Assembly (NCBI GenBank): GCA_964016885.1
Contig: OZ024744.1
Span: forward strand, 44,950,001-45,014,000
From: Eledone cirrhosa
Lineage: Eukaryota
Reading direction: 5' to 3'
DNA length: 64,000 nucleotides
Of the stretch, positions 13,223-29,959 are shown one piece after another. The translations under genes and the position numbers were made by a program. The first letter of the stretch is position 1. Every line of letters starts with the position of its first letter. Below the pieces are notes generated by a model. That model had not been told where the DNA came from. It was given only the letters and a program-made list of their open reading frames with translations, and searched no databases.

Positions 13223-13722
13223 TATATATATAACGGTTATCTATATATATATATAATAATAAAAAAAATATTTCGCTCTACATAGCTGAATACAATAAAT
13301 GTAATCTGAGTTTTCGAATATTAATAATAACATTCGATTCGTTTGCAATTATGCAAACAAGCCTCATTTTTAAAGCCATGTCAGTAGAATGAACTCTTCA
13401 TTCTTGCTCTTGTGTTGGCATGTAAACAGAACTGAAGACACTAATGTTTCTGGGTATCACGCTTCATCAGTACAGCTCACTGTTCACCTGCCAACTGTCA
13501 GAGCTAGAGAAAATATATGCTATTTTCTAAAATATACACTGACTGATAGGCTTGATTTGCATATTAGCAGACTGGCTGATCAGTCAGATCTGCATATTAG
13601 CGGACTGGCCAGTCAGTTTCCTGTATACGAGCGACAAATTATTATTTGAATGTGGCAAAGCCGGCCATTTATATATATAGATATAGATATATGTATGTAT
13701 GTATATAGATATATATATATAG

Positions 13723-13817
<95 letters not shown>

Positions 13818-13846
13818 TGTGTGTGTGTGTTGTGTGTGTGTATACC

Positions 13847-15310
13847 TCGTGTACATCAGAAGATGCTGTCATCAGGTTTAGGAGTTCAGCAAATTATTCT
13901 CTCCACCCCACGAGGATGAAACCCTCTGAAGAGAGGAGAACCCAAGACACCCAGCGTGGAGGAGGGCTTCTTATTACGAAGTCGCTTGATGGTCTGCCAG
14001 AACACTTTATTTGCTGATCTGAAGTCGGATTCCAGCTTAACACCAAAGTCCTACTATATCTTAACTTCGGACGCCTTTACTGTCACTGATGCGACTTTTC
14101 GTGCCTGCATGTATCACAAGTGTAAGAAGGAAGAATTATTTCGAAGCCAAGCTTTGTAGGCTCCCTTCATTGCGCGGATGGCATCTTTGGCCGCTTGATT
14201 GAACCAAGGGGACCTCCTGCTATCTGGTACCACACCAAGACTCTTTCGCCACAAGCATTGAACAGCTGAAGCAGAAACTGCTGCGCTGAACAATCTCTTC
14301 TCTGTTTAACCTCTTCAGTTTTCTCAGGGATTTCTCTGAATTTGGTATCTGCATGCCTGGTCCTGGCTTCCTTACTCCCCTACGCTTCCCACTTTATCCT
14401 GTAGATCGACCTGCTAGGTTTTACTTTTTTGGCTTTAGGTAGTCTCAAGTTTCAGATAACTAGATGGTATTTAGCTGAGAGCTCAGCCCCTCTCTTAATA
14501 TCCAGCACGGAATCGAAAAGGTCAGGGACAATAATAAAATCAGTTATTGATCTCTCTCCACGATCCTCCTTATACCATGAATATTTATGAATATCTCTGT
14601 GTTGGACAATGTGTTCATAATCAAGAGTCTATTGCTAGAACAAGTCTAATAAAGTCTCTTCGGTGTTCTTTCGATAGGGATCGCCAATCTTTACAATCAC
14701 TCAGGGAACGTGCTATATATGTATTGAAGTCCCCTATTAGGATATGTGACCCAGTTATTACTACATCTAACACTGCAGTAAATTAATCACGTAAGGATCA
14801 GTATTCAGACTCCTTGTTTGGTGCATAAACTTGCACCACCCAAAGAGACCTATATTCCAGCCAAAGCTTCAAGAAGCAAATCCGCCCTCCTAATGGTATC
14901 CGGTCCATAACAGATTCTGACAGCCATGAGCTTGTGAGTATCTCCACTCCCACCTGTAGAAGGACGATGCAGTATGATTCTTTTTGTTACCTCTCATCAT
15001 ATTGCTATTTTTGTGGTGTTTTCTGTGCCAGTCACCAACTGGTACTTTCTCAGACCCGCGTTGACCAGGCCTTTTTAGAGGCGGCTATAACTCGCGTTGT
15101 CATAGCTACATAACAGGGTTGTGGGAGATTTCTTTGGAGTTGAAGGTGTCACCCATTGCTCCATCTCCCCTAGTAGTTTACCACTGTTGGACCGGGGCTG
15201 CTTATTCGTCCGGCAGGTGCCTACACATATCATACCTAACCATCATATCTAGCGGCCGTATTGCTATCCGCCACCTGCAACACGTACTCTAGCAGTACAA
15301 CTCTGCCAAA
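13847..15310 (-). pseudogene. Decayed RTE-clade LINE, APE endonuclease and linker region
   Basis: Minus-strand remnants VVQVYAP, GDFN, RGAELSAKYHLVI, PWFNQ and SANKVFWQTIKRLR, with stops and frameshifts; 5' boundary approximate. Confidence 0.7.
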
Positions 15311-16120
15311 TATACATATATATGAGTTTAAAGTTGCTTCACTGCTTTATATTGTGTTTGCTTAATAAACAGTTGAGAACGAAGCAGCTAGAGTAATGAT
15401 GAAGTTATATTTAACATATATAAATATCTCCATAACATATTTAATTATCTTCTTATAAACAACTTGTTCAATCGTATAATATATGCTATAATGGGGTTCT
15501 TTATAAGCCCTTGAAAGTATAACTAATTGAACCCAGTCATATTCTAGGTATATGTACGGTAGTAGAACGCAATGATACAATATAAAAAAATCTTGTCAAT
15601 TTTATGGTCATTACCAAAAGAAGTGCACACAATTATGGTAACTGTTTACTAGTGACAAATCGTTTAAACGAAATATATTGGTCATGGACACAGCAACACA
15701 TTGCTAATATTTAAACAATGTCTATAAACCCATAACTCTACAACCTTAGTCTGTCGCTTCTCCCCGTCACTCAAGAAACTGAATGAAATAACACTAATTG
15801 TTTGATAAAACTTTACTAATGTATCAAAATCATATATAGGCATTTTGTTGTTTCCAAAACAACGATTATTTCCTTATTTTAAGTATTGACATAACTATCT
15901 TTAGCACAAACTTCAGCCAAATGACCAAATATAGCATGTTGTCCTCACCTATAAAGGTGAAACAGACACAATCATCCTTCACAATTCTCACTAAACCTTA
16001 ACTAAGGTAAGTTACTGGACTGCTATCATTCCCTTGCTATAATTGGTCCTGAGTCAGAAACACCTACTAAACTATATTTGCTTACACTCTCTAATTTCCT
16101 CGCTGACACCTTTAGTAAAC

Positions 16121-16261
<141 letters not shown>

Positions 16262-16560
16262 TCTCACATACTTATGGCTCTCAACATACACCATCAGAGT
16301 CTCACACAATATTCAGGTTGTGTAGTTCACATTTTCTGCTTCATTAACTTGTCATAGTTCTCTTACTTTTAACTTTGTGACCAAGAGATATCTAAAAGTC
16401 AGTGACACTCAACCACCACCTCAGTGACTCCTTCACCACCATTGCTATGTTTTTCTTTCTACATTACAATCTTGATTGGATAATTTTTTTTATTTCTGTA
16501 TATCAACCAATGAAAGAGAAAATGTTGTATTTTTTTTTCTGTTTTTTTTTTCAATTCTAG

Positions 16561-16714
16561 GTAAAAGTGCGTCAAGATGGCCAAGATGATGTGACGCTAA
16601 GGTTCAAGGAAGAAATTCGGATATGTACAGCTGGTTCGAGTATTCAAGACTTCTAGAAGCACCATGGACTGACCTCAGTGCAGGCTTCGATTTTTTTGAC
16701 ATACATGGAGAAAG
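16561..16714 (+). other. Putative host exon (unknown gene or lncRNA)
   Basis: Long polypyrimidine tract ending ttctag| and donor aaag|gtacgt, in non-repetitive sequence. Confidence 0.4.
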
Positions 16715-17346
16715 GTACGTATAAATATAGTTTTCATCTTTGAGAAAGAAATTATTTTGAGAGGTCTCATCTGTTGTGGCAAAAGAACAACAAATGTTCT
16801 GTTGTTTGTTACATCAAATATACACCTAATAAACTCTGTGATGGAGTTAGTGAAAGGAGAGGCATCCAGCGCTAGAAAACTTGCCAATGAGTCAAATAGA
16901 CTCATGATATATCAAAGACATGACAACTTACCTAGTGTTGGGTATTAATATGTACCCAGGGGACTAGGTAGATTGCGAGAACATATGTCAGCCTCTGGCC
17001 CATCTGAGAGGTAGGAAGCTTATGTTAAGTACTAACTTGGTCTCTGCTGACACATTCAACTATCCTGCTAACAAGAAAAATAGATGTTAAATAATGTCGA
17101 CAACGATGATGATGAGGGTAATGATGATGGACAGCAGTGGATGGACAGAAAGAGAATATACATACATAGATAAATACAAACATCCATCCGTCCATACATA
17201 CATACATCCATCCATCCATACATACATACATACATACATACCTACATACATACATACATGATGGCTGCCCCCTCGTTATCGAGTATGGCCATTGCACGAG
17301 GAGAAAAAATAAATAACTAAAAAATAAAAGAAAAAGAAAAATAAAG

Positions 17347-17395
<49 letters not shown>

Positions 17396-17446
17396 TACAT
17401 ATACACATATACACACATATATATATACACACACACACATATACAT

Positions 17447-17462
17447 TAATAACATTAATAAC

Positions 17463-17545
<83 letters not shown>

Positions 17546-17550
17546 CAATA
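17447..17550. repeat. (TAA)n microsatellite
   Basis: Direct reading. Confidence 0.95.
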
Positions 17551-18592
17551 AGGGAAGAAGACGCACGAGGTGACGGAGGTCATGAAATCGCTCCCGTAAG
17601 TTTTGAATTTTTAACATATTTAAACCATTTGTGAAATAACAACTCTTAGTACAAATGCTACGTAAAGCACCCGGCTTGAGCCCCAAAAAATTCGGACCCA
17701 AAATATATTGTTATAAGGCTCAAATATTCAAATATTCAACTTGGTATTGTACACTGTATATCCAAAAAAGAAAATGGCTATAAATGGAAGAAGAACCCCC
17801 CCCCCCTCCTCCTCTGTATACACTATATAGAACAGCCAAACTCACCAACACCAGAAACTAGATACACCACCCACCCTATCACCTGTGTACACTAAACCAC
17901 CACCGATCACTACGGCCATCATTACAACCATTATCCCATCACCGCCGCCACCACCCCTTCACTCCTTCACTGCTGCCACCGCTACAGCACCATCGCTACA
18001 GTAATACGGTCACATCACCGCCACCACTGTCTCGGTATCGACATCACCACCACCACTGTCTCAGTATCGCTACCGCCGCCAGTCTCCCACTTCTTCTTTT
18101 AGCTGGCTGCTGCCACCACATTATAGAATCCCTACTGCTAAAAAAGAGGAAGGCATCAAAATATATAGATAGACTCAAAAGAAAAAAGAAAAAATAAACA
18201 ACAAAAGCAGCACAGCAACAACAGTAAAAAACGAGAAAAACAGAGAAAAACAAAAACAAAAAAAGAAACCCCCAAAACGTAAAGAAAATAAGAATGAAGA
18301 GAGAGGCAGGCGGACGGACAGAGAAGAGGGGGGAAAAAGTAAAACTTAAAAAACAAAAACTAAGTCAGACATTCGAATACTACATTACAATGAAACTTAT
18401 GCTTATTCATTTTTGGGGCCCTTTCTGCCCGTGTGTTTGTTTGTTTATGTGTGTCCGTATACAGCGTGGTGATAATGCCACACAAGGGCCAAGTGGGATG
18501 GCGGATCCACAGATGGCTATGTAAACATACATTCGCCAATCCTCGATAAGAGTGTTTAAATATCGAACATAAACAGTTCGAATAACGGTGAA

Positions 18593-21500
18593 ATGGAGAC
18601 TAGAACGTCATGTGACAGACTCTCACCCAACAGGTGCCCCCTGGCTCAGCAGCAGGAACCTGACTGTCAACGAAATACTGCTGATGTTGGAGGAAGAAGA
18701 AGAAGGAAAGGGGCCAGAACCAACTGGACGAAAGAATTGAATAGAACTGTTATGCAATGCTACCTGAAAAGTAACCCCAAGGAGAGGGGCTACAGGAGAC
18801 GGATGCATAACATCTGGAACGAGATTGGTTTATTTAAATTAGATGAACAAAAATTGGCCGGGCAGGCTCGGGTAATAAGAACTAATGGGTGGATAAGCGA
18901 GCTGGAACTGGAGGAACTGAGCAGAGAGAATGGCTTGGAGATGGCGGGTGTAGTATGCCAGACAAGCGAGCCGGCGGGAAATGAAGGTGAGGAGGTCCTG
19001 AGAGCGGAGGAACCACCCGAAGCAGACAATGATCTGAATACTGAGATAAATAATACCTGGAACAGAGATACGGCCACTGAGGAGATGAATGCTGACGGGC
19101 TAGGACAAGATTCGGTTGACATCCTAAATTTAGTGGTAGATGAGTTGAACAATGATAGTGGGAGACCTATGAACCTAAGATTTGTAGACAGGAAAAAGTT
19201 AAAAGAAACAACAGCTAAGGTAAACAAAGTCATCCCATACCTTGAGGCGAGGAGTCTTCACCAGTGCAACAATATCCTCAAAGCAACAGCAAATACGGTG
19301 AGGAAACTACTTGGTATAAAAGCGAGAGGAAACAACAGACAAGAAAGAGCAGAGCCGTGGTGGAAGAAGCGACTGAGTGGGCAAATCGGGGAAATGAGAA
19401 ATGACATAGGAAAGCTTGAGTCACTACTGAATGGGACACTAAAAAACATAGGCACTAAAAATAGACTGGAAATAAAATACAAAACTAGGAGTAAAAAGCT
19501 AAATATTATCATAGAGGAATTGAAGCAACGCATTGTAGCAAAGAGTGCCAAAATCAGGCGATACGAGAACAGAGTCAGTCAGTATAAACAGAACCGCATG
19601 TTCGACAACAACCAGAAGATGCTGTTTGGACAGCTTGAGGGGAAAGAAAGAGGCACCGACTTGATCCCTGGGGCGGAACAAGCTAAAACATTCTGGAGAG
19701 GAATATGGGAGCAGGATGTTAGACACAATGCCCAGGCAGGGTGGATTGAGACAGTACAGAGGGAGATCGGTGAGCAGGCACAGCAACAGACTGATTTGAG
19801 TATCACAGTTGAAACTCTTAAGGGGCAAGCCAAAAAACTAACCAACTGGAAATCACCAGGCCCAGAAGGTGTGCAGGGGTATTGGATTAAACATTTAACA
19901 TCCCTCCACCCGAAGCTGACGGCCATGTTCAATGACTGCTTGGTGTCGGGTGAGGTGCCAGAGTGGTTGACAAAAGGTACCACAGTTCTGATAATGAAAG
20001 ACCGAATCAAGGGTAATGATGTTACCAACTATAGACCTATCACATGTCTGCCCGTAATGTGGAAACTGTTGACGAGCATTGTGTCTGAGGAAATCTACCA
20101 TCACCTCCACACAAACAACTTGTTGCCGGACGAACAGAAAGGATGCCGAAAGAAGTCACGTGGTACAAAGGACCAGTTGCTTATTGATAAGATGGTAATG
20201 GGGAATTGCAGGAGGAGACACACTGATCTTGCCATGGGATGGATAGACTACAGAAAGGCATTTGACATGGTGCCTCATTCCTGGATCACCAAAAGCCTGG
20301 AGATCTTCAGGGTGGCAGATAACATCAGAGAGTTGCTGGGCAGGAGTATGGGGTCCTGGGAGACAGAGTTGACATCAACTGGAGTATCCTTGGGAAGCGT
20401 GAAGATCAAGAGAGGTATCTTCCAGGGAGATAGCCTGTCCCCTCTGTTGTTTGTCCTTGCCCTGATGCCCTTGACCATTATGCTGCGAAAAGTGAGAGCA
20501 GGATACAAGTTGGGAAGGGGAGAGCTTACCATCAACCACCTCCTCTTCATGGACGATCTTAAGCTCTTCGGGAAAAGTGAGAAGGAGTTGGATGTGCTTG
20601 TTGACACTGTCCGTATTTTCAGCAGTGATATATGTATGCAGTTTGGTATTGGTAAATGTGGAGTCATTGTGATGAGGAGGGGTAGGTTGAGCAGAAGTAA
20701 CGGGATCCAGATACCAACAGGTGAGATGATAAAGGAAATTGACTCTGAGGAAGGATACAAGTATTTGGGCGTTCTGGAGGCTGATGGCATAAAGAACAAA
20801 AAAATGAAGGAATTGTTAAGAACTGAATACATTCGGAGAGTAAGGAGCGTATTGAAGTCACATCTGAACAGCAGAAATGCCATAAGCGCAGTAAATTCCC
20901 GAGCTGTGTCTATTATTAGGTACAGTGCGGGAATTCTGAGATGGAATGTTGCTGAACAAAAAGAAATGGATAGGAAGACTAGGAAGCTATTGACTATCTA
21001 CAACATGTTCCACAAGAGGAGTGATGTCGATAGACTCTACCTAAGGAGATCTGAGGGTGGAAGAGGTCTTATCAGCATAGAGGACTGTGTTCAGATGGAG
21101 AAAAACAACCTATACAAATACGTGACCTATAGTAAGGAGCCAATGCTCAGAGCTGTACTGAAGGAGGGGAGAGTAGGCCAGGGGATACCCAAGGAGGAAA
21201 TAACATCAAGGAGGAAGAGCAGCCTTAAGGGAAAATCCCTTCATAGTACCTTCTTTGAGAAAACTGAATTTAGAGATCCACAGACATGGAACTGGTTGAG
21301 AAGAGGAGACCTCAAAAAGGCTACAGAAGGAATGCTAATGGCTGCGCAGGAGCAGGCCCTCAAAACGAAGTGGTTGAAGCACCATATCTACAAGGAGGAG
21401 GCTAGCCCACTGTGCAGGATCTGTGGAGAGAGAGAGGAGACTGTGGCTCACATTGTGTCCGAGTGTAAACACCTAGCCCAGACCCACTATAAGGGCTGGA

Positions 21501-21985
21501 GACACGATGTGATGGGCAGGGTGATCCACTGGCACCTGTGCAAAGTAAACAATCTACCACATTCTGAGAAATGGTATGAGCATAGGCCAGAGGCGGTGAT
21601 GGAGAACAGTCAGGTGAAGGTGCTGTGGGATTTTAGGATACAGACGGACAAAAAACTGGAACACAATAGACCTGACCTGGTGGTTGTGGACAAAGAAAAA
21701 AGATCGTGCCTGATTGTGGATGTGGCCTGCCCGTTCGACACGAGAGTGCAAGAGAAGGAGAGGGAGAAAATTAACCGATACCAGGACCTAAAGTGGGAGG
21801 TGAAAAGGATTTGGAACTGCCATGAAGTCAAAGTGATCCCGATTGTCATAGGCGCACTGGGGACTATCTCCAAAGGTTTCCAGGGATGGTTAAAGAAAAT
21901 CGGCCCCTTCACGCTTTTTGGAACGCTTCAAAAGGCATGCTTGCTTGGAACGGCAAGAACCCTCCGATACGTCCTGAATATCTGA
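18593..21985 (+). CDS. Intact 1130-aa RT + restriction-like endonuclease ORF of an R4/Dong-type non-LTR retrotransposon
   Basis: NWKSPGPEG, YRPITCL, EQKG, DYRKAFD, GIFQGDSLSP, FMDD, CCHC knuckle CRICGEREETVAHIVSEC, RHD and RPD...D...EK endonuclease; short 3' UTR followed by a (TAA/CAA)n tail at 22060-22104. Confidence 0.93.
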   Translation: METRTSCDRLSPNRCPLAQQQEPDCQRNTADVGGRRRRKGARTNWTKELNRTVMQCYLKSNPKERGYRRRMHNIWNEIGLFKLDEQKLAGQARVIRTNGWISELELEELSRENGLEMAGVVCQTSEPAGNEGEEVLRAEEPPEADNDLNTEINNTWNRDTATEEMNADGLGQDSVDILNLVVDELNNDSGRPMNLRFVDRKKLKETTAKVNKVIPYLEARSLHQCNNILKATANTVRKLLGIKARGNNRQERAEPWWKKRLSGQIGEMRNDIGKLESLLNGTLKNIGTKNRLEIKYKTRSKKLNIIIEELKQRIVAKSAKIRRYENRVSQYKQNRMFDNNQKMLFGQLEGKERGTDLIPGAEQAKTFWRGIWEQDVRHNAQAGWIETVQREIGEQAQQQTDLSITVETLKGQAKKLTNWKSPGPEGVQGYWIKHLTSLHPKLTAMFNDCLVSGEVPEWLTKGTTVLIMKDRIKGNDVTNYRPITCLPVMWKLLTSIVSEEIYHHLHTNNLLPDEQKGCRKKSRGTKDQLLIDKMVMGNCRRRHTDLAMGWIDYRKAFDMVPHSWITKSLEIFRVADNIRELLGRSMGSWETELTSTGVSLGSVKIKRGIFQGDSLSPLLFVLALMPLTIMLRKVRAGYKLGRGELTINHLLFMDDLKLFGKSEKELDVLVDTVRIFSSDICMQFGIGKCGVIVMRRGRLSRSNGIQIPTGEMIKEIDSEEGYKYLGVLEADGIKNKKMKELLRTEYIRRVRSVLKSHLNSRNAISAVNSRAVSIIRYSAGILRWNVAEQKEMDRKTRKLLTIYNMFHKRSDVDRLYLRRSEGGRGLISIEDCVQMEKNNLYKYVTYSKEPMLRAVLKEGRVGQGIPKEEITSRRKSSLKGKSLHSTFFEKTEFRDPQTWNWLRRGDLKKATEGMLMAAQEQALKTKWLKHHIYKEEASPLCRICGEREETVAHIVSECKHLAQTHYKGWRHDVMGRVIHWHLCKVNNLPHSEKWYEHRPEAVMENSQVKVLWDFRIQTDKKLEHNRPDLVVVDKEKRSCLIVDVACPFDTRVQEKEREKINRYQDLKWEVKRIWNCHEVKVIPIVIGALGTISKGFQGWLKKIGPFTLFGTLQKACLLGTARTLRYVLNI

Positions 21986-22164
21986 GGCTGCAGGTAGTGG
22001 CTTGATATTCAATCCAACGGACTTTCCAGTTAACCAACATCAATGACTGAGATTCAAGGAATAACAATAACAACAACAATAATAATAACAACAACAATAA
22101 TAATATACATATACATATATATATACACATACACGCACACACATAAACATATCTATACACACAC

Positions 22165-23485
22165 ACACACACACACGATAGCAACTAACAGCGCTGCGAT
22201 CGAATGTGTAGCCCAGCCAATGATCTAAAATGTCTTGCAGAGTCGGCAACCAAAACATTCACTGGGAATAGCCGGCCGTGGTTGGAGTTCGTGTACTTTT
22301 GCATGTCGCTTGAGCCCTCCTGCTGATTTACATTCTCTACCACATGCTTGGCAAGCATGATGAGTAGCATCTCCAACAGCAGCCTGGTAGTCAACCACTG
22401 GTCTTACTTTATGACTGCGAAGATGACGTTCGAGTCCAGCTTTGCTTAGGCAGAGTCTCGCACAGACGCTGCATGTCAGCACCATAGGAGGACCCTCGCC
22501 GTCTGGAAGTGCAACAGCAATGCCCTTCCTCACATCCCGCTTTACTTTCTCGTATGCGATTCGAGATGCCTCAAAGGCAACTTTTCCCTCATATACAGTC
22601 TTTCTCCATTTATTACGATCAGCAGCAATATTTTCCCATGTATCAGAAGAGATGTTAGCGTTTTTCAAAGAAGCTTTCAAGGAATCCTTATACCTTTTTT
22701 TTGGTTCATCTGATGGAAACGCTCCAATTGCTTAAGGTGGTGTCGATAAGTGACCCAGGTCTCGCAGGCATAAAGAAGAGAAGAGAGCACACATGCCTTG
22801 TACACCTTACCTTTGTCCTCCTGCATATGTCTCGCCGACCCCAGAGTCGCCTTTCTAGCTTTCCGAAAGCATCACTTGCTTTCCTAATCCTAAGTGAGAT
22901 TTCACTGTCAAGGTTGGTGTATCGATTGACAGTGCTTCCCAGGTAGACAAACTGATCAACCACTCCAAGTCGTTTACCATACACATAGATATTTGGTTCA
23001 GTGTACTGCTTACCAGGGGCAGGTTGGTACATGACGACGGTTTTCTTTAGACTGACATTCAATCCTAGGGCAGTGCAAGCGTCAGAAAATGCATTCAAAA
23101 TGTGCTGCATATCACTCTCTGTGTGCGCTACAAGATCGCAATCATTTCCATACCAGAGGTCTCTTATGATTGATGTAAATACTTTTGTCTTTGCAGCAAA
23201 GCGCCTGATGTTAAATATGCTGCCTGAGGTTAGATATCGGATGTAAACACCATGCTCGCAATTCCTGAATGCAATACAGAAAACCATTGCAAAGTATATG
23301 GCAAACAGAGTCGGTGCTGGAATATCCCCCTGTTTCACTCCATTTTTTACTGAGATAGGCTCCGACATGTTACCTCTGGCATTAACCCAAGCCTTCATGT
23401 CGTCATGGAAAGACCTAACTAAAGCAAGGAACTTATCAGGGCAACCAAGTTTCTGGAGAACCTTCCATAATGTATCTCTGTTGGA
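22165..23485 (-). pseudogene. RTE/BovB-like LINE, RT 3' half with C-terminal C2H2 fingers, frameshifted
   Basis: GVKQGDIPAPTLF, degenerate YGND, FVYLGS; CSVC..HLRSH and CQAC..HAKVH. Confidence 0.85.
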
Positions 23486-23730
23486 CAACACACGCTGTCT
23501 TTTCGTGGGGTAAGTTTTTTATTAATTTTTGTAGTCTGAAACATCAAAATACAACAATTTTTTGGTCACTGGACTCGGGAATGTCACAACAGAAGTTTGT
23601 GGAAGTTACACAAATATTTTAGTATATTTTACCAGAGCAATCCTTATTTATATTTTACATTTTACATTTACTTACATCTCAATATAAAATGGCTAAAATT
23701 CAAATTTTGCAAAAAGAAGAAAACGGACAA

Positions 23731-24402
23731 ATGAACTAGATACATCTCACTATCCCCCACCACCACAATAATGTCTACACTCTCTCCCCACCCTCACATG
23801 TCATTACCCTATCTAGACTAAAGTCATCGACCTGTTGTCAAACTCTCTACTCTCTGTTGAATATGTATATATATATACATATATATATATGTATGTATAT
23901 GTGTGTATATACATCACTCAGTCAAACGACCAGATTTCAACCCCAACATCTACAACAACAACACCGGCACTAATGTTTACAGTAACAACAGCTTCAGAAT
24001 GAATTGAAATGAACATTTACAACAACAACAACAACGGCATCAAACGATAAAAAACAACCACAAAAACCCCCACAAATAAACAAAAAACTCAAAATAACAA
24101 AACACACACACACACGCACAAAACACAACAACATCAACACCAACCACCACCACCGCCACTACCGCCACCACCGCCGCCATCACCATCACCAGCGACCGGG
24201 CCTTAAGAAAACAACTTTAATAATAATAATAATTTTTCTACGATTTCGAATAAAAGAGGGCTTAAATGAATATCACCAGCAAAAGATGAAATTATATAAT
24301 CAGGTCGATGACTTTAGTAGATAGGGTAATGACATGTGATGGTGGGGAGAGAGTGTAGACGTTATTGTGGTGGTGGCGGACAGTGAGATGTATCTAGTTC
24401 AT
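23731..24402. repeat. ~100-bp inverted repeat pair (23731-23834 / 24301-24402)
   Basis: Reverse-complement match of atgaactagatacatctcact...gtcatcgacctg. Confidence 0.8.
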
Positions 24403-24474
24403 ACATACATACATACATACATACATACATACATACATACATACATACATACATACATACATACATACATACGG

Positions 24475-24505
<31 letters not shown>

Positions 24506-24570
24506 TACTCTCTGAGTGACAGTAGCTATAACCCGAAAAGAAGAAAAGATCAACATTATCTGTAATTACT

Positions 24571-24758
24571 AAAGGGCGGTGGATTGACAGTATCGATAGA
24601 GGGTCGGAAGCCATGCTTTCCAGCATAGTTACGTCCCTTTACGATTTGAGTTCAAATCCCGCCGAGGTTGACTTTGCCTTTCATCTTTACGGGGTCGATA
24701 AAATAAAGTACCAGTAATGCACTGGGTAATTGCTGGCCTTGTGCCTAAAGTAGAAACA
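24571..24758 (+). mobile_element. Full-length tRNA-derived SINE with 16-bp target-site duplication
   Basis: B-box gagttcaaatcc; TSD attatctgtaattact at 24555-24570 and 24759-24774; related copies at 48990-49380 and tail fragments at ~27005 and ~29015. Confidence 0.9.
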
Positions 24759-25244
24759 ATTATCTGTAATTACTGAGGCCCAGGTTTTATGTCAGAGTTA
24801 TCCCAGTTTCCTGAGTTGCCTTCTCCTAGAAGAATGCCCTGACAAAAGCTAGGGGTCCTTCACTCCCAGTGGTTTAACCACGCGATCAGGTATCCAGCCC
24901 GATTATTTTTATGTCCCCGCGTATATACATACACATGCATACATGTATATACATATATACATATATATACATATATATATACATGCACACATGTTTACAC
25001 AATTCTGGGTGGCCGTTGACTCTTATGAGTTCTTCCAACCTTTGTCAGGTTTTGTTTTTTGTCCTGCAGGGTGTCAAAAATCACTCTCCTCACCAAGTAA
25101 ACTATCCACGAAATTGAAGATGAATAATATCTCCAATGATAATGCCACAATTACCAACCTTGATTATATAATTTCATCTTTTGCTGGTGATATTCATTTA
25201 AGCCCTCTTTTATTCGAAATCGTCGAGAAATCCTTTTAAGTTAC

Positions 25245-25745
25245 GAATTCACCTGGCAAAGATTTGCTAAAATAAACATGGTTGGACTCGACAACAGCAA
25301 TACCAATAGCATTAAGGAAGAATCGAAGGAAAACGACAAGTGTTTCGCACTTGCTAAAGTCCGAAATACCATTATCAAAGCAATAGAAAATGTATTTTCT
25401 TCCTGGGCCACTAACTTGAATTAAAATTCAGAGAAAGGGGACTATAGTGTCACTGATAAAATAGAATATCACAGGGGTATGTATACAAAATACAGGCTTT
25501 CTGTGATATTTATTCTGTCAGTAAAGCCTTTGTCCGTTATTCTGAAGTCTGAAAGATATATAGTTGTTTCACAGAAACACAAACCTAAAATATAGCTTAT
25601 TGGTGGATGACCTGAATGTTTATGCCAGGAATATAAATGGTATGAATTAAAATATTTACCTGGTTACCATGTTTTCTAAGGATATAGGAATGGAGTTTGG
25701 CAAGGATAGATGTTCTATATGATTGTGGAGTGTGGGAAAATACTG
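25245..25745 (+). pseudogene. Highly decayed R4-like RT fragment
   Basis: Colinear similarity to the reverse complement of ~31990-32440 (LAKV, DKIEY..G, LVDDL, KDIGMEFG). Confidence 0.6.
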
Positions 25746-26305
25746 GGTTTATGTCCAAATCAGGTATTTCAATGCTAAAAAAAAATTGAGTTTATGACAT
25801 CATGATTCAATAGAGATGGAGAACTGAAAACTGTTTCAAAGTGTTCTTTCCAGCGTCTAAAAATATCACTTTTATCTGTTAACAAAATAGATCCCTCTCA
25901 TGTTATTACTGATCAGGTCTCATGCCTTCATAGGAGGCTTCTATATCCTTTATCTCAGAAGAAGATTGACTGCTTTTGATGACGACCCTTTGTCTTTCAT
26001 TTTGTTGTGAGCACATAACACACACAAACATGATAGTGTAGGATAAAACAAAGGAGAGAGGAAAAATAACAAATTAGTCACTGAGGAGGTCACAGATAGT
26101 GTTACAAAAGAACTTTGACAATAAACATATAGTCTTTCGGTTATTAATGAACCAACTGGAAATTTATAATAAATTGAAGTGAAAACCAACAGGTGTGTGT
26201 GTGTTTCAATCGGTAGCATGACCCCTTCCCCTCCCATCATAAATTATAACAATATCTGTTTCAACACGCGTTTTCACATAAAATGTTGCAAATCAAATAA
26301 AAAGA

Positions 26306-29884
<3,579 letters not shown>

Positions 29885-29959
29885 TTTAATGGTAGCTATG
29901 GTGCTTCCATAGGCGGTATGCCAGTTGAGCACTCTATGTTCTTACAGAGCAGAGTGTGA

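Noticed and set aside
13550-13620. Octamer-like ATTTGCAT within a 32-bp tandem duplication
   Set aside because: No adjacent snRNA or promoter evidence; only one perfect octamer.
18405-18560. HDV-like ribozyme upstream of the R4 ORF
   Set aside because: One helix is visible, but the P2/P3/P1.1 nested pseudoknot could not be assembled by eye.
18623-21912. Multiple antisense ORFs
   Set aside because: Shadows of the intact LINE ORF.
24571-24665. tRNA gene
   Set aside because: B-box present but no cloverleaf; it is a SINE head with a TSD. The same applies to the SINE-like head at ~48890-48945 minus.
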